Assembly: GCA_964016885.1 (NCBI GenBank)
Contig: OZ024741.1
Span: forward strand, 399,342,001-399,406,000
Direction of reading: 5' to 3'
DNA: 64,000 bases
Origin: Eledone cirrhosa
Lineage: Eukaryota
The notes below the pieces were generated by a model. The model worked only from the letters and a program-made list of their open reading frames with translations, made no database searches and had not been told where the DNA came from. Positions within the stretch are counted from its first letter, which is position 1. Each line of letters begins with the position of its first letter. Made by a program: the position numbers and the translations under genes. This document shows, piece by piece, positions 26,008 through 42,683 of this stretch.

Positions 26008-26063
26008 ACTGCCTGATGAGGTCATAGCCATTCAATGGCTATCATCGAAATATATATAGCAGT
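26008..26063 (+). ncRNA. Type I hammerhead ribozyme
   Basis: ACTGC CTGATGA GGT c ATAGCCAT-tca-ATGGCTAT c ATC GAAA TATATA TA GCAGT; canonical G10.1-C11.1 pair. Confidence 0.88.
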
Positions 26064-26104
26064 AAATAAAGAATTATGAGTTCATGCAATTGACTTATGT
26101 TTCG

Positions 26105-26142
<38 letters not shown>

Positions 26143-26192
26143 AGTATGTATGTATACGTACATACATATATGTATACAGACGTACAGTAGTA

Positions 26193-26262
<70 letters not shown>

Positions 26263-26411
26263 CAGGTACACATATATATATGTACGTATCAGTTTAGCGG
26301 ACGTTTATTATAACGCCCGCTTTGTCCGTTTGTAAACAAACGGACAGCCTGATTTATGCCGTACGGTGCTAAGGCAACCACGTCACCTTTTTGTTCAACA
26401 CTGACACAGGA

Positions 26412-26454
26412 ACGATGTACTAGTTTCAAGCTTCTTAGCTATCATCAGCACCGT
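26412..26454 (-). ncRNA. Type I hammerhead ribozyme
   Basis: Reverse complement of 26700-26742. Confidence 0.88.
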
Positions 26455-26699
26455 ATACCCTTCTGCCAGATGGTTGAACGTTCGAAAGTATATACTTTCC
26501 TTATGAAAATTAACGGCTGAGCAGCTTAATTTGCATATCGAGTGAGAAATGAAATTTCGTTTCATCCTATTTCAACTTATCGTTTTCGGTGCGCCTGGCC
26601 GACTGAACTCACTCGATATGCAAATTAGGCTGCTCAGCCGTTAATTTTCATAAGGAAAGTATATACTTTCGAAGGTTCAACCACCTGGCAGAAGGGTAT

Positions 26700-26742
26700 A
26701 CGGTGCTGATGATAGCTAAGAAGCTTGAAACTAGTACATCGT
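26700..26742 (+). ncRNA. Type I hammerhead ribozyme
   Basis: ACGGTG CTGATGA T AGCT-aaga-AGCT T GAAA CTAG TA CATCGT; palindromic ACTAGT stem III, GUA site. Confidence 0.88.
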
Positions 26743-26892
26743 TCCTGTGTCAGTGTTGAACAAAAAGGTGACGTGGTTGCCTTAACACCGTACGGCATAA
26801 ATCAGGCTGTTCAGTTTGTTTACAAACGAACAAAGCGGGTGTTATAATAAACGTCCGCTAAACTGATACGTACATATATATATGTGTACCTG

Positions 26893-26936
<44 letters not shown>

Positions 26937-27168
26937 TACTACTGTACGTCTGTATACATATATGTATGTACGTATACATACATACTTACATTTAAGTAAG
27001 TGCCGTACTAAGAGTGAGAAATGAAATTTCGTTTCATCCTATTTCAACTTATATGTATATGTATATATATATATACATATATATTATATAGTCTAGTATT
27101 GTCTATAGAGTATCTCTGTTTAATTCTAATAAATCTTTCTTTTCATTTCTCTCTCTTTATACACACAA

Positions 27169-27306
<138 letters not shown>

Positions 27307-27973
27307 ACTATATCATCTATTCCTCTATACAGCCTGTGTTACCCGAGGGAAGCGGAACAGTTTGACATGATAAATTAAAAGCCAATGTAAGTGGCCACTT
27401 TCTGACAACTTAAACGATTGGTATAAAGCTAAGGGTTAGTTGGGAATGATGTCTTTAACAGTGCAGTCAAACTGGTTGTTATCAGTTTCTGAAGCTAACA
27501 GAAAGTACTCCTTAGATGACAATACGGGAGAGAATAGATGGAGGGGAAATTGTGGTGGTGGTGGCGGTGATGGTGGTTGGGGAAGTGGTGGTGGTGGTGA
27601 TGGTTGGGGAAGTGGTGCTTCTGGTGGTGGTGGTGGCGGTGATTGAGATGGTGGCGGTGGTGATGGTTGTAACGGGGAATGATGTTGGGTGGAGGTGCAA
27701 AAAATAAAATGGAAAATAAAAGCAAAAAGAAGAGAATGAAAAGGAAAATAGAGACTAAGGAAAATTTCAATAAAAAAACATAATACCCCCCCCCCCCTAC
27801 AAGAACACCACCAAAAAAAAACAACAACAAACAAACCCGAACAAACCCTGGTACTAATTGTTAGTACTGCTGCCTGTGTATATTCTAGAAAGTAAGGTTT
27901 CTCACAAAAAATTGGGCATATATATATATATACATATATGGAATAATAATATCAAATACTATGCCCAGTTTGT

Positions 27974-28015
<42 letters not shown>

Positions 28016-28254
28016 AAATTAAGATACATTAAATTAAGATAGATAAAATTATCTCCTGTGATTTTTCATGTTTATATTTATTTATATATATGTTGATCAA
28101 TTCCTAGTTATATATATATATGTATATATATTATGTATGTATATATTATGTATGCATATAATATTATGTATTTAATATTATGTATGTATTATGTATTTAT
28201 GAGTATACAATATAATGTATGTATATATGTATGTATCTCCCCCCTCTCTCTCTC

Positions 28255-28982
<728 letters not shown>

Positions 28983-29099
28983 TTAGCTGTGTTATCTAGG
29001 CAGACATTGTTCCAGTCTGATATAAAATACATGTACAGTGTCAAGATGTAAAAGACAAGTAATAGTAACTACATTAGCTTGACTCTTTATCAGTTGTTT

Positions 29100-32000
29100 C
29101 ACCACCACTACCACTGCCACCATCACTACCACTGCCACCATCACTACCACTACCACCATCACTACCACTACCATCACCACTACAACTGCCACCACCACTA
29201 CCACTACCACCATCACTACCACTAACACCATCACTACCACTACCACCACCACTACCACTGCCACCATCACTACCACTACCACCATCACTACCACTACTAC
29301 CATCACTACCACTACCACCATCACTACCACTGCCACCATCACTACCACTGCCACCATCACTACCACTACCACCATCACTACCACTACCACAATCACTACC
29401 ACTGCCACCATCACTACCACTACCACCATCACTACCACTACCACAATCACTACCACTACCACCATCATTACCACTGCCACCATCACTACCACTACCACCA
29501 TCATTACCAGTGCCACCATCACTACCACTACCACCATCACTACCACTGCCACCATCACTACCACTGCCACCATCACTACCACTACCACAATCACTACCAC
29601 TGCCACCACCACAACCAATACCACCATCACTACCACTGACACCATCACTACCACTGCCACCACCACTACCACTACCACCATCACTACCACTACCACCATC
29701 ACTACCACTGCCACCACCACTACCACTACCACCATCACTACCACTGCCACCACCACTACCACTACCACCACCACTACCACTACCACCATGACTACCACTA
29801 CCACCATCACTACCACTGCCACCATCACTACCACTGCCACCATCACTACCACTGCCACCACCACTACCACTACCACCATCACTACCACTGCCACCATCAC
29901 TACCACTACCACCATCACTACCACTGCCACCACAACTACCACTACCACCATCACTACCACTGCCACCATCACTACCACTACCACAATCACTACCACTACC
30001 ACCATCACTACCACTACCATCATGACTACCACTACCACCATCACTACCACTGCCACCATCACTACCACTGCCACCATCACTACCACTGCCACCACCACTA
30101 CCACTACCACCATCACTACCACTACCACCATCACTACCACTGCCACCATCACTACCACTGCCACCATCACTACCACTGCCACCACCACTACCACTACCAC
30201 CATCACTACCACTACCACCATCACTACCACTGCCACCATCACTACCACTGCCACCATCACTACCTCTGCCACCATCACTACCACTACCACAATCACTACC
30301 ACTACCACCATCACTACCACTACCACCATGACTACCACTACCACCATCACTACCACTGCCACCATCACTACCACTGCCACCATCACTACCACTGCCACCA
30401 CCACTACCACTACCACCATCACTACCACTACCACCATCACTACCACTGCCACCATCACTACCACTGCCACCATCACTACCACTTCCACCATCACTACCAC
30501 TACCACAATCACTACCACTGCCACCACCACTACCACTACCACCATCACTACCACTGCCACCACCACTACCACTACCACCATCACTACCACTGCCACCATC
30601 ACTACCACTACCACCATCACTACCACTGCCACTACCACTACCACTACCACCATCACTACCACTGCCACCATCACTACCACTGCCACCATCACTACCACTA
30701 CCACCACCACTACCACTGCCACCACCACTACCACTACCACCATCACTACCACTGCCACCACCACTACCACTACCACCATCACTACCACTGCCACCATCAC
30801 TACCACTAACACCATCACTACCACTGCCACCACCACTACCACTACCACCATCACTACCACTGCCACCATCACTACCACTGCCACCATCACTACCACTACC
30901 ACAATCATTACCACTACCACTATCACTACCACTACCACCATCACTTCCACTACCACCATCACTACCACTGCCACCATCACTACCACTGCCACCACCACTA
31001 CCATCACCATCACTACCACTGCCACCATCACTACCACTGCCACCACCACTACCATCACCATCACTACCACTGCCACCATCACTACCATCACCATCACTAC
31101 CACCACCACTACCACTGCCACCACCACTACCACTGCCACCATCACTACCATCACAATCACTACCACTGCCACCATCACTACCAACACCAACACTACCACT
31201 GCCACCATCACTACCATCACCATCACTACCACCACCACTACCACTGCCACCACCACTACCACTGCCACCATCACTACCATCACAATCACTACGACTACCA
31301 CCATCACTACCATCACCATCACTACCACTGCCACCATCACTACCAACACCATCACTACCACTGCAACCATCACTACTATCACCACCACTACCACTGCAAC
31401 CATCACTAATATCACCACCACTACCACTGCCACCACCACTACCACTGCCACTATCACTACCACTGCCTCCATCACTACCACTGCCACCATCACTACCATC
31501 ACCATCACTGTCACCATCACTACCACTGCCACCATCACTTCCATCACCAACACTGCCATTGCCACAATCACTACAATCACCATCACTAGCACTGCCACCA
31601 TCACTACCATCATCATCACTACCACTGCCACCATCACTACCATCACCACCACTACCACTGCTACCATCACTACCATCATCATCACTACCACTGCCACCAT
31701 CACTACCATCACCACCACTACCACTGCCACCATCACTACCATCACCATCACTACCACTGCCACCACCACTACCACTGCCACCATCACTACCATCACCACC
31801 ACTACCATCACCACCACTACCACTGCCACCATCACTACCATCACCACCACTATCATCACCACCACTACCACTGCCTCCTTCACTACCACTGCCTCCATCA
31901 CTACCACTGCCACCATCTCTACCATCACCACCACTGCCTCCATCACTATCACTGCCACCATCACTACCACTACCACCATCACTACCACTGCCTCCATCAC

Positions 32001-35000
32001 TACCTCTGCCACCATCACTACCACTGCCACCATCACTATCATTACCACCACTACCACTGCCACCACCACTACCACTGCCACCATCACTACCATCACCACT
32101 ACTACCACTGCCACCATCACTACCATAACCACCACTACCACTGCCACCATCACTACCATCACCACCACTACCATCACCATCACTACCGCTGCCACCATCA
32201 CTACCATCACCATCACTACCACTACACCATCACTACCATCACCAACACTACCACTGCCACCATTACTACCATCACCAACACTACCACTATCACCATTACC
32301 ATCATCACCAACGCTACCATTGCCACCATCACTACCATTACCATCACTACCACTGCCACAATCACTACCACTGCCACCATCACTACCATCACCATCACTA
32401 CCACTGCCACCATCACTACCATCACCATCACTACCACTGCCACAATCACTACCATCACCATCACTACCATCACCACCATCACCACCACTACCACTGCCAC
32501 CATCACTATCATCACCACCACTACCACTGCCACCACAACTACCACAGCCACCATCATTACCATCACCATCACTACCACTGCCAACACCACTACTATTGCC
32601 ACCATCACTACCATCACCATCACTACCACTGCCACCATCACTACCATCAACATCACTACCACTACCACCATCACTACCACTGCCACCATCACTACCATCA
32701 CCATCAGTACCACTGCCACCATCACTACCACTGCCTCCATCACTACCATCACCAACACTACCATTGCCACCATCACTACCATCACCAACACTACCATTGC
32801 CACCATCACTACCATCACCATCACTACCACTATCACCATCACTACCACTCCTACCATCACTACAATCACCATCACTACCACTGCCACCATCACTATCATC
32901 ACCACCACTACCACTGCCACCAACACTACCACCGCCACCATCACTACCATCACCACCACTACCACTGCCACCATCACTACCATCATTATCACTACCACTG
33001 ACACCATCACTACCATCACCAACACTACCACTGCCACCATCACTACCATCACCACCAGTACCACTGCCACCATCACTATCATTACCACCACTACCACTGC
33101 CACCACCACTACCACTGCCACCATCACTACCATCACCACCACTACCACTGTCACCATCACTACCATCACCACCACTACCATCACCATCACTACCACTGCC
33201 ACCATCACTATCATCACCACCACTACCACTGCCACCATCCCTACCATCACTACCACTGCCTCCATCACTACCACTGCCACCATCACTACCACTACCACCA
33301 TCACTACCACTGCCACCATCACTAGCACTGCCACCATCACTATCATTACCACCACTACTACTGCCACCACCACTTCCATTGCCACCATCACTACCATCAC
33401 CACCACTACCATCACCACCACTACCACTGCCACCATCACTACCATCACCACCACTACCATCACCATCACTACCACTGCCACCATCACTACCATCACCATC
33501 ACTACCACTACACCATCACTACCACTGCCAGCATCACTACCATCACCATCACTACCACCATCACTACCATCACCATCACTACCACTGCCACCATCACTAC
33601 CACTGCCACCATCACTACCATCACCATCACTACCACTGCCACCATCACTACCACTGCCACCATCACTACCATCACCATCGCTACCATCACCACCATCACC
33701 ACCACTACCAATGCCACCATCACTATCATCACCACCACTACCACTGCCACCACCACTACCACAGCCACCATCACTACCATCACCATCACTACCACTGCCA
33801 CCATCACTACCACTGCCACCATCACTACCATCACCATCAGTACCACTGCCTCCATCACTACCATCACCAACACTACCATTGCCACCATCACTACCATCCC
33901 CAACACTACCATTGCCACCATCACTACCATCACCATCACTACCACTGCCACCATCACTACCACTGCCACCATCACTACCATCACCATCACTACCACTGCC
34001 ACCATCACTACCACTGCCACCATCACTACCATCACCAACACTGCCATTGCCACCATCACTACCATCACCATCACTACCACTGCCAGCATCACCATCACTA
34101 CCACTGCCACCATCACTATCATCACCACCACTACCACTGCCTCCATCACTACCATCACCACCACTACCACTGCCACCATCACTACCATCACCATCACTAC
34201 CACTGCCACCATCACTACCATCACCACCACTACCACTGCCACCATCACTACCATCACCACCACTACCACTGCCACCATCACTACCATCACCATCACTACC
34301 ACTGCCACCATCACCATCACTACCACTGCCACCATCACTACCATCACCACCACTACCACTGCCACCATCACTACCATCACCATAACTACCACTGCCACCA
34401 TCACTACCATCACCATCACTACCACTGCCACCATCACTACCATCACCACCAGTACCACTGCCATCATCACTACCATCACCACCACTAACACTGCCACCAT
34501 CACTACCATTGCACCAGCACTACCACTGCCACCACCACTACTACCACTGGCACCATCACTACCATCACGATCACTACCACTGCCACCATCACTACCACTG
34601 CCACCATCACTACCACTGCCACCATCACTACCATTGCCACCAACACTACTACCATCACCATCACTACCACTACCACCATCACTACCATCACCATCACTAC
34701 CACTGCCACCATCACTACCACCACCATCACTACCACTGCCACCATCACTACCATCACCATCACTACCAATTCCACCATCACTACCATCACCACCACTACC
34801 ACTACCACCAGCACTACTATCACCATCACTACCACAACCACCATCACTACCATCACCATCACTACCATCACCATCACTACCACTGCCACCATCACTACCA
34901 TCACCATCACTACCACTACCACCATCACTACTATCACCATCACTACCACTACCACCATCACTACCATCACCAACACTACCATTGCCACCATCTCTACCAT

Positions 35001-37610
35001 CACTATCACTACCACTGCCACCATCACTACCATCACGACCACTACCACTGCCACCATCACTGCCATCACCATCACTACCACTGCCACCATCACTACCACT
35101 GCTACCATCACTACCATCACCGTCACTACCACTGCCACCATCACTACCATCACCATCACTACCACTGCCACCATCACTACCATCACCACCACTACCACTG
35201 CTACCATCACTACCACTGCTACCATCACTACCACTGCTACCATCACTACCACTGCCACCATCACTACCATCACCATCACTACCACTGCCACCATCACTAC
35301 CATCACCACCACTACCACTGCCACCATCACTACCACTGCTACCATCACTACCATCACCATCACTACCACTGCCACCATTACTACCATCACCACCACTACC
35401 ACTGCCACCATCACTACCATCACCACCACTACCACTGCCACCATCACTACCATCACCATCACTACCACTGCTACCATCACTACCATCACCACCACTACCA
35501 CTGCCACCATCACTACCATCACCACCACTACCACTGCCACCATCACTACCATCACCACCACCTCCACTGCCACCATCACTACCATCACCACCAGTACCAC
35601 TGCCACCATCACTACCATCACCACCACCTCCACTGCCACCATCACTACCATCACCACCACTACCACTGCCACCATCACTACCATCACCATCACTACCACT
35701 GCTACCATCACTACCATCACCACCACTGCCACCATCACTACCATCACCACCACTACCACTGCCACCATCACTACCATCACCATCACTACCACTGCCACCA
35801 TCACTACCATCACCACCAGTACCACTGCCACCATCACTACCATCACCACCACTACCACTGCCACCATCACTACCACTGCCACCATCACTACCACTGCCAC
35901 CATCACTACCACTGCCACCATCACTACCATTGCCACCAACACTACTACCATCACCATCACTACCACTACCACCATCACTACCATCACCATCACTACCACT
36001 GCCACCATCACTACCACCACCATCACTACCACTGCCACCATCACTACCATCACCATCACTACCACTGCCACCATCACTACCATCACCACCACTACCACTA
36101 CCACCATCACTACCATCACCATCACTACCACTACCACCATCAATACCATCACCATCACTACCATCACCATCGCTACCACTGCCACCATCACTACTATCAC
36201 CATCACTACCACTACCACCATCACTACTATCACCATCACTACCACTACCACTATCACTACCATCACCATCACTACCATTGCCACCATCTCTACCATCACC
36301 ATCACTACCACTGCCACCATCACTACCATCACGACCACTACCACTACCACCATCACTACCATCACCATCACTACCACTGCCACCTTCACTACCACCGCTA
36401 CCATCACTACCATCACCATCACTACCACTGCCACCATCACTACCATCACCATCACTACCACTGCCACCATCACTACCATCACCACCACTACCACTGCCAC
36501 CATCACTACCACTGCTACCATCACTACCACTGCCACCATCACTACCATCACCACCACCTCCACTGCCACCATCACTACCATCACCACCACTACCACTGCC
36601 ACCATCACTACCATCACCACCACCTCCACTGTCACCATCACTACCATCACCACCACTACCACTGCCACCATCACTACCATCACCAACACTACCACTGCCA
36701 CCATCACTACCATCACCATCACTACCACTGCCACCATCACTACCATCACCACCACTACCACTGCCACCATCACTACCATCACCAACACTACCACTGCCAC
36801 CATCACTACCTTCACCATCACTACCACTGCCACCATCACTACCATCACCATCACTACCACTGCCACCATCACTACCATCACCACCAGTACCACTGCCACC
36901 ATCACTACCATCACCACCACTACCACTGCCACCATCACTACCATTGCCACCATCACTACCACTGCCACCACCACCACTACCACTGCCACCATCACTACCA
37001 CTGCCACCATCACTACCACTGCCACCATCACTACCACTGCCACCATCACTACCATTGCCACCAACACTACTACCATCACCATCACTACCACTACCACCAT
37101 CACTACCATTACCATCACTACCACTGCCACCATCACTACCACCACCATCACTACCACTGCCACCATCACTACCATCACCATCACTACCACCGCCACCATC
37201 ACTACCATCACCACCACTACCACTACCACCATCACTACCATCACCATCACTACCACTACCACCATCACTACCATCACCATCACTACCATCACCATCACTA
37301 CCATTGCCACCATCTCTACCATCACCATCACTACCATCACGACCACTACCACTGCCACCATCACTACCATCACCATCACTACCACTGCCACCATCACTAC
37401 CACTGCTACCATCACTACCACTGCCACCATCACTACCATCACCATCACTACCACTGCCACCATCACTACCATCACCACCACTACCACTGCCACCATCACT
37501 ACCATCACCACCACTACCATCACTACCACCATCACCATCACTACCATAACCATCACTACCACAGCCACCATCACCATCACTACCATCACTATCACTACCA
37601 CCACCACTAC
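29100..37610. repeat. ~8.5-kb triplet-based cryptic satellite (ACC/ATC/ACT/GCC; 18-bp core ACCATCACTACCACTGCC and longer derivatives)
   Basis: Read directly; it produces the poly-Thr/Pro/His/Val ORFs. Confidence 0.95.
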
Positions 37611-37639
37611 GTTAGAGAGAAGACTGTACTACAACGGCT

Positions 37640-38079
37640 ACTACAACGCTACCAGTACCACCACCACCACCACTAACAACAACACCATCTCTACCCCACC
37701 ACCACCACCACCAAAATCAACACCATCTCTACACCACCACCACCAACAACAACAACACCATCTCTACACCACCACCATTAACAACAACACCATCTCTACC
37801 CCACCACCACCACCACCAAAACAACACCATCTCTACACCACCACCACCACTAACAACAACAACACCATCTCTACCCCACCAGCACCACCACCAAAAACAA
37901 CACCATCTCTACACCACCACCACCAACAACAACAACACCATCTCTACACCACCACCACCAACAACAACACCATCTCTACCCCACCACCACCACCTCCAAA
38001 AACAACACCATCTCTACACCACCACCACCACCAACAACAACAACACCATCTCTACACCACCACCACCAACAACAACAAC

Positions 38080-38111
<32 letters not shown>

Positions 38112-38126
38112 CACCATCTCTACACC

Positions 38127-38157
<31 letters not shown>

Positions 38158-38230
38158 CCATCTCTACACCACCACCACCAACAACAACAACAACACCACC
38201 ACCTCTACCATCACCAACAACAACAACAGT
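37640..38230. repeat. (ACC)n(AAC)n-CCATCTCTAC composite minisatellite
   Basis: Recurrent AACACCATCTCTAC anchor about every 30 bp. Confidence 0.9.
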
Positions 38231-38519
38231 TTGTTGGTAAAGTCAATCTAGCGTAACTTAGTGTATTAGGGTTTGAATACGGGAGGGAGAGAGAGAGAGC
38301 TAGATAGATACCGAAGGAGTGAGAGAGATAGAGAGAGTTAGAGAGAGGGGGGGAGAAAGAGGGGAGGCAGAGGGGGAGAGAGAGAAGGAGAAAGGGAGAG
38401 AGAGCGGGAGAGAGGGAGAGAGAGAGAGAATCTGTTTAAGATGAGAACATGTCATTTCATATTTCGTAACAACCAATGGTGTCATCTGAAGGAGATTTTT
38501 ACTGTTCAGCATGTTACTA

Positions 38520-38687
38520 CTGGTGGTGGTGGTGGTGGTTGTGGTGTTGGTGGTGGTGGTAGTGGTGTTGGTAGTGGTGGTGGAAGTGGTGTTGGTGGTG
38601 GTGGTGGTGGTGGTAGTGGTGTTTGTGGTGGTGGTGTTTGTGGTGGTGGTGGTAGTGGTGGTGGTGGTGGTGGTGGTGGTGGTGTTG

Positions 38688-38719
<32 letters not shown>

Positions 38720-38741
38720 GGTGGTGGTGGTGGTAGTGATG

Positions 38742-38773
<32 letters not shown>

Positions 38774-39300
38774 GGTGGTTGTGGTGTTGGGTGGTGGTGG
38801 TGGTAGTGGTGTTGGTGGTGGTTATGGTGGTGGTGGTAGTGGTGTTGGTGGTGGTGGTGGAAGTGGTGTTGGTGGTGGTGGTGGTGGTGGTATTGGTGGT
38901 GGTGGTGGTGGTGGTTGTGGTGGTTGTAATGGTGGTGGTATTGGTGTTGGTTGTGGTGGTGGTGGTGGTAGTGGTGTTGGTGGTGTTGGTGGTAGTGGTG
39001 GTGGTGTTGGTGTTGGTGTTGGTGTTGGTGTTGGTGGTGGTGTTGGTGGTGGTGGTGGTGGTTGTTGTTGGTGGTGGTGGTGCTACTACTGTTACTGCCG
39101 GTGGCGGTGGTGCTGCTGGTGATAGTACTGTAACTATCACTACAACGACGACGACGACGACCACCACCACCACCATACCACCATACCACCACCACACCAC
39201 CACCATACCACCACACCACCACCACACCACCACCACCACCACCACCACCACCACCACACCACCACCACACCACCACCATCACCACCACCACCAACAATAA
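38520..39300. repeat. (GGT)n/(GTT)n tract switching to (ACC)n at ~39130
   Basis: Read directly. Confidence 0.9.
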
Positions 39301-39359
39301 CAGTAGGACCGCTGTTTCATCAAATAGAATCGAAAGTTAAAAAAGACAGGGAGCACCAA

Positions 39360-39390
<31 letters not shown>

Positions 39391-39831
39391 TAAAAAAATA
39401 ATGAATAAAACAATGAAACAGTTCCTTATATTAAACAAAAAAAGTTCATTATTTAACGATCGTTTCTAGGACATATATGTGTTAGAATTGGCATGCATAT
39501 TCAAAAGATATATCAAAATTAATCGATAACATTTCTATATCTCCTAAACTATCGATTTCAATATTCATGATACTTATTGAACTAACTATCGACACATAAT
39601 TTGGTTAAGATGATGTCTCTTTATAATATTGTGAACGGTGAGAAGTAGGTACTTATTGTTATGTTGGAGCAAATAGGCTGACCTACATTTGATTCTACAC
39701 CCCACACAGATACACACATACACACATACACACATACACACATAACACACACACACACACGCATACACACACACATAACACACATATACACACACACATA
39801 CACATACACACATACACACATACACACACGC

Positions 39832-39870
<39 letters not shown>

Positions 39871-39977
39871 TTCAAATCCCGCCGAGGTTAACTATGCCTT
39901 TCATCCTTACGGGGTCGATAAAATAAAGTACCAGTAATGGACTGGGATAATTGCTGGCCTTGTGCCAAATATAGAAA

Positions 39978-40160
39978 CTTGGCCGTGGAGACTTCTGGTT
40001 TCTTCGGCCCTAGGGCTACCTCCCTACTCACCACCATAAGCGCTGAGCTGGCGAGGCGCAGGTGTGAGCTCCGCGAGTTGGAGTGGCTTTTCCAGCGCGT
40101 CTTCCTTGCCGTCCTCCGGGGAAACCCCTTCTCCATTCTGTCCGCCGGGGTTGTGGGGAG
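39978..40160 (+). mobile_element. Second CRE-like REL-endonuclease 3' fragment, fused to a SINE 3' end
   Basis: LAVETSGFFGPRATSLLTTISAELARRRCELRELEWLFQRVFLAVLRGNPFSIL; highly similar to 13761-13960. Confidence 0.75.
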
Positions 40161-41629
40161 ACAAACCGATTATATTACGGATTCTGTTGAATAGTCTTAA
40201 ATACGATTATTTTTTTTTCAATATTTGAGTAACATTTCAGTCAGTTATGTTCGAACTACAGTTCAAAGATAGAAACCATTATATTAATAATGGGGAGTGA
40301 GATATAAAGGCTAAATAATTGTTTCTACTTTAGGCACAAGGCCAGCAATTACCCAGTGCATTACTGATACTTTATTTTATCGACCCAGTAAGGATGAAAG
40401 GCAAAGTCAACCTCGGCGGGATTTGAACTCAGATCGTAAAGGGACGTAACTATGCTTGAAAGCATGGCGTCTTACTCTCTACCGATACTGAGGCTAAATA
40501 ATGCAAGGTGGACGATAAGATGAAGGTAACGAAAAAGTAAGTTACCTGATAATCTGTTTTGTTGTTGTTGTTGTTGTTGTTTCTTGTCTTAATATTTCGG
40601 GACTTAAAATTCCCTTCTTCAGAGTATAAGGAAAATTAGATTAATATTTGAGGTTCACGGGGAATTTATTTTTCAAGTAGATTTTCAAAGAAACGAAGGA
40701 TTCAATACTTAAGTTCAGTGGAGTGTCTAATAATTCACTTCACATTTGTAGCAAAATGTTGACCTTTGATTGCTTATGAACTGAAACGGTGGTAGCATTG
40801 AAACAGAAATTGAAAATACAACGTATATATATAGAGAGATATACAGATATATACATACATATATATATATATACACACACACACACATATACACATATAT
40901 ACATACACACGCACACACTCATACACACACACACACACATATATATATATACACACACACACACCTACATATATCGTAAACTCGGTAGCGCCTTCTGTAA
41001 GCTATATAGTGCGTGTCAAAGTTTGCTCTCTGTTCACAAGAGGATCATGTAAAAGTCTAACTATGCTGTTGAGAATAAAACAAGAATATATCTATTTATT
41101 TCGTCATTATCGCAGTATCAAGCTTTACGTATAATATTTGCCTCATTTTCGTTCTAGGCACGTGGTTTCCGGCCATTTCTTTTTTCATTTCCGTCCTTTA
41201 CCATTCATTTTTTTTTGTGTTTTTACAAGTATTTTATTTTGATATTTTTTCTAGTTTCCATCAATCTTTTTATCATCGTCTATTCAAATGTATTAAACAT
41301 TTTTGTGTAAACATTTCTTGCTCAAATAGAATAGAGATTGTTTTTTTAATGTTATAATTCTTGATAAATGAATATGAAAAGAAAGATAAAATGAAGTAAT
41401 AAGAAAATGGGGAAGGGGTAAAGAGGGGCAGATCTGGATGTATGGGAGAGTAGAGGAAAAGACTATAAAAGTCATAAATAGGATGGAAAGGAAGGGAAAA
41501 AGCAAGGACTCTGGGGTCAAAGAAGAAAAGGGGCGGTGAGGGTGATGTGCTATTATGTGATATTTCCTATGTGGTTGACGGCTGAGAGGAAAGACTACTC
41601 AATACAGAAGTAGAGTTTTTTTATTTTAT

Positions 41630-41762
41630 TAAGGCAAAATAGTGACTCTTGTTGCTCTAGAGTTTCGCCTGTTTATCACAGGGTCATCAGACAAGTTCTT
41701 GTCTGATGACAATGTGACAAATAGGCGAAACTCCAGAGTAACAAAAGTCACTATTTTGCCGT
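41630..41762. ncRNA. Fold-back pair of hammerheads: 41648-41695 (-) and 41698-41744 (+)
   Basis: Minus: CTTGT CTGATGA C CCTGT-gataa-ACAGG C GAAA CTC-ta-GAG CA ACAAG (U16.1->C). Plus: TTGT CTGATGA ... GAAA CTC-ca-GAG TA ACAA (stem II decayed). Confidence 0.75.
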
Positions 41763-42249
41763 AATAAAATGCGTACACACATATATATATTTTGAAGAAA
41801 ATTGTGACAGTGACTTTGAAATACAAAGAAGACCACGGTTCAATAAAGGTGTATGTAAATATAGAATGTATATTTAGTTGAAATGTAGGACTTTACAGGA
41901 ACGAAACTGCTTTCATACATTTTGTTAATCACTTGAGATAAAAATTAATTGACTTCTCACCCCAGCTAAGTGTATGTGAGTGTGTGAGTGACAACTCACA
42001 CATTTGCAGGTTTAGCTGGCCTCCTCCAAGGTATATCTCGTTGGAGGTCTCTTGGGTGATTTAATGATAGGGACCTCTGTCCTATCATCTCATTTCTACA
42101 CCTGAGTAAACTGGAGCAACGTGAAATAAAGTGTCTTGCTTAAGGAAACAACACATCACCCGTCTGAGAATTGAACTCACAACCTTTCGATTGCAAGCCC
42201 AATGTTCTAACCACTAAGCCATGCGACTTCACCTCAGCTGAGACACAAT

Positions 42250-42683
42250 ATGTATTAAAACTGTTAGGTTCCTGTGAAAGCATACTTCTTTAATATATAC
42301 CGGTTTCGACGAAGAGTGATTCAGAGAGATCGATACGATTGGTAATCTTCTTAATCACCAGCAAACTAACGTGTGCTGGAAATATATGGGTGAATAGAGA
42401 GTTGAGTTCCAGAGGGATCGGGCTTTGGAACGATTGAGAATAGTTGTTAGCGCAAATACTGATGGAAGATTGGATACAATATCATTGACGAGAAGTGTAG
42501 ACAAATAGGTTTGGTTTACTTGAGTGGAATTTGAGTGGAATTGGAGGGCTGATATCTGATCTCGTTCAGACGAACGGCAGCAACCTAAGACAGCAACGGT
42601 CTCACACGCAAGAAGAGGAGGAATTGGAACATGATCAACCCGCTCGGGGGTTTGGAGACTGTAGTAATAGCGGTGGAAATTGC
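42250..42683 (-). mobile_element. Probable heavily decayed Penelope-like GIY-YIG 3' fragment with degenerate hammerhead
   Basis: Frame-broken residues CSN..(G)ET..VRLNE..TKPICLHFSS..SNL.SVFAL..HTL, followed by CTGGTGA...CGAAACCGGTA. Confidence 0.4.

Larger units (their letters stand above)
26118..26990. mobile_element. Large fold-back element (~430-bp arms) with divergent hammerheads
   Basis: 26139-26545 is the reverse complement of ~26608-26990 with few mismatches; 26540-26580 is duplicated again at 27012-27052. Confidence 0.85.

Noticed and set aside
28992-37676. Mucin-, extensin- or His-rich giant ORFs
   Set aside because: Triplet satellite open in several frames on both strands, frame changes without consequence, and no signal peptide or unique domain.
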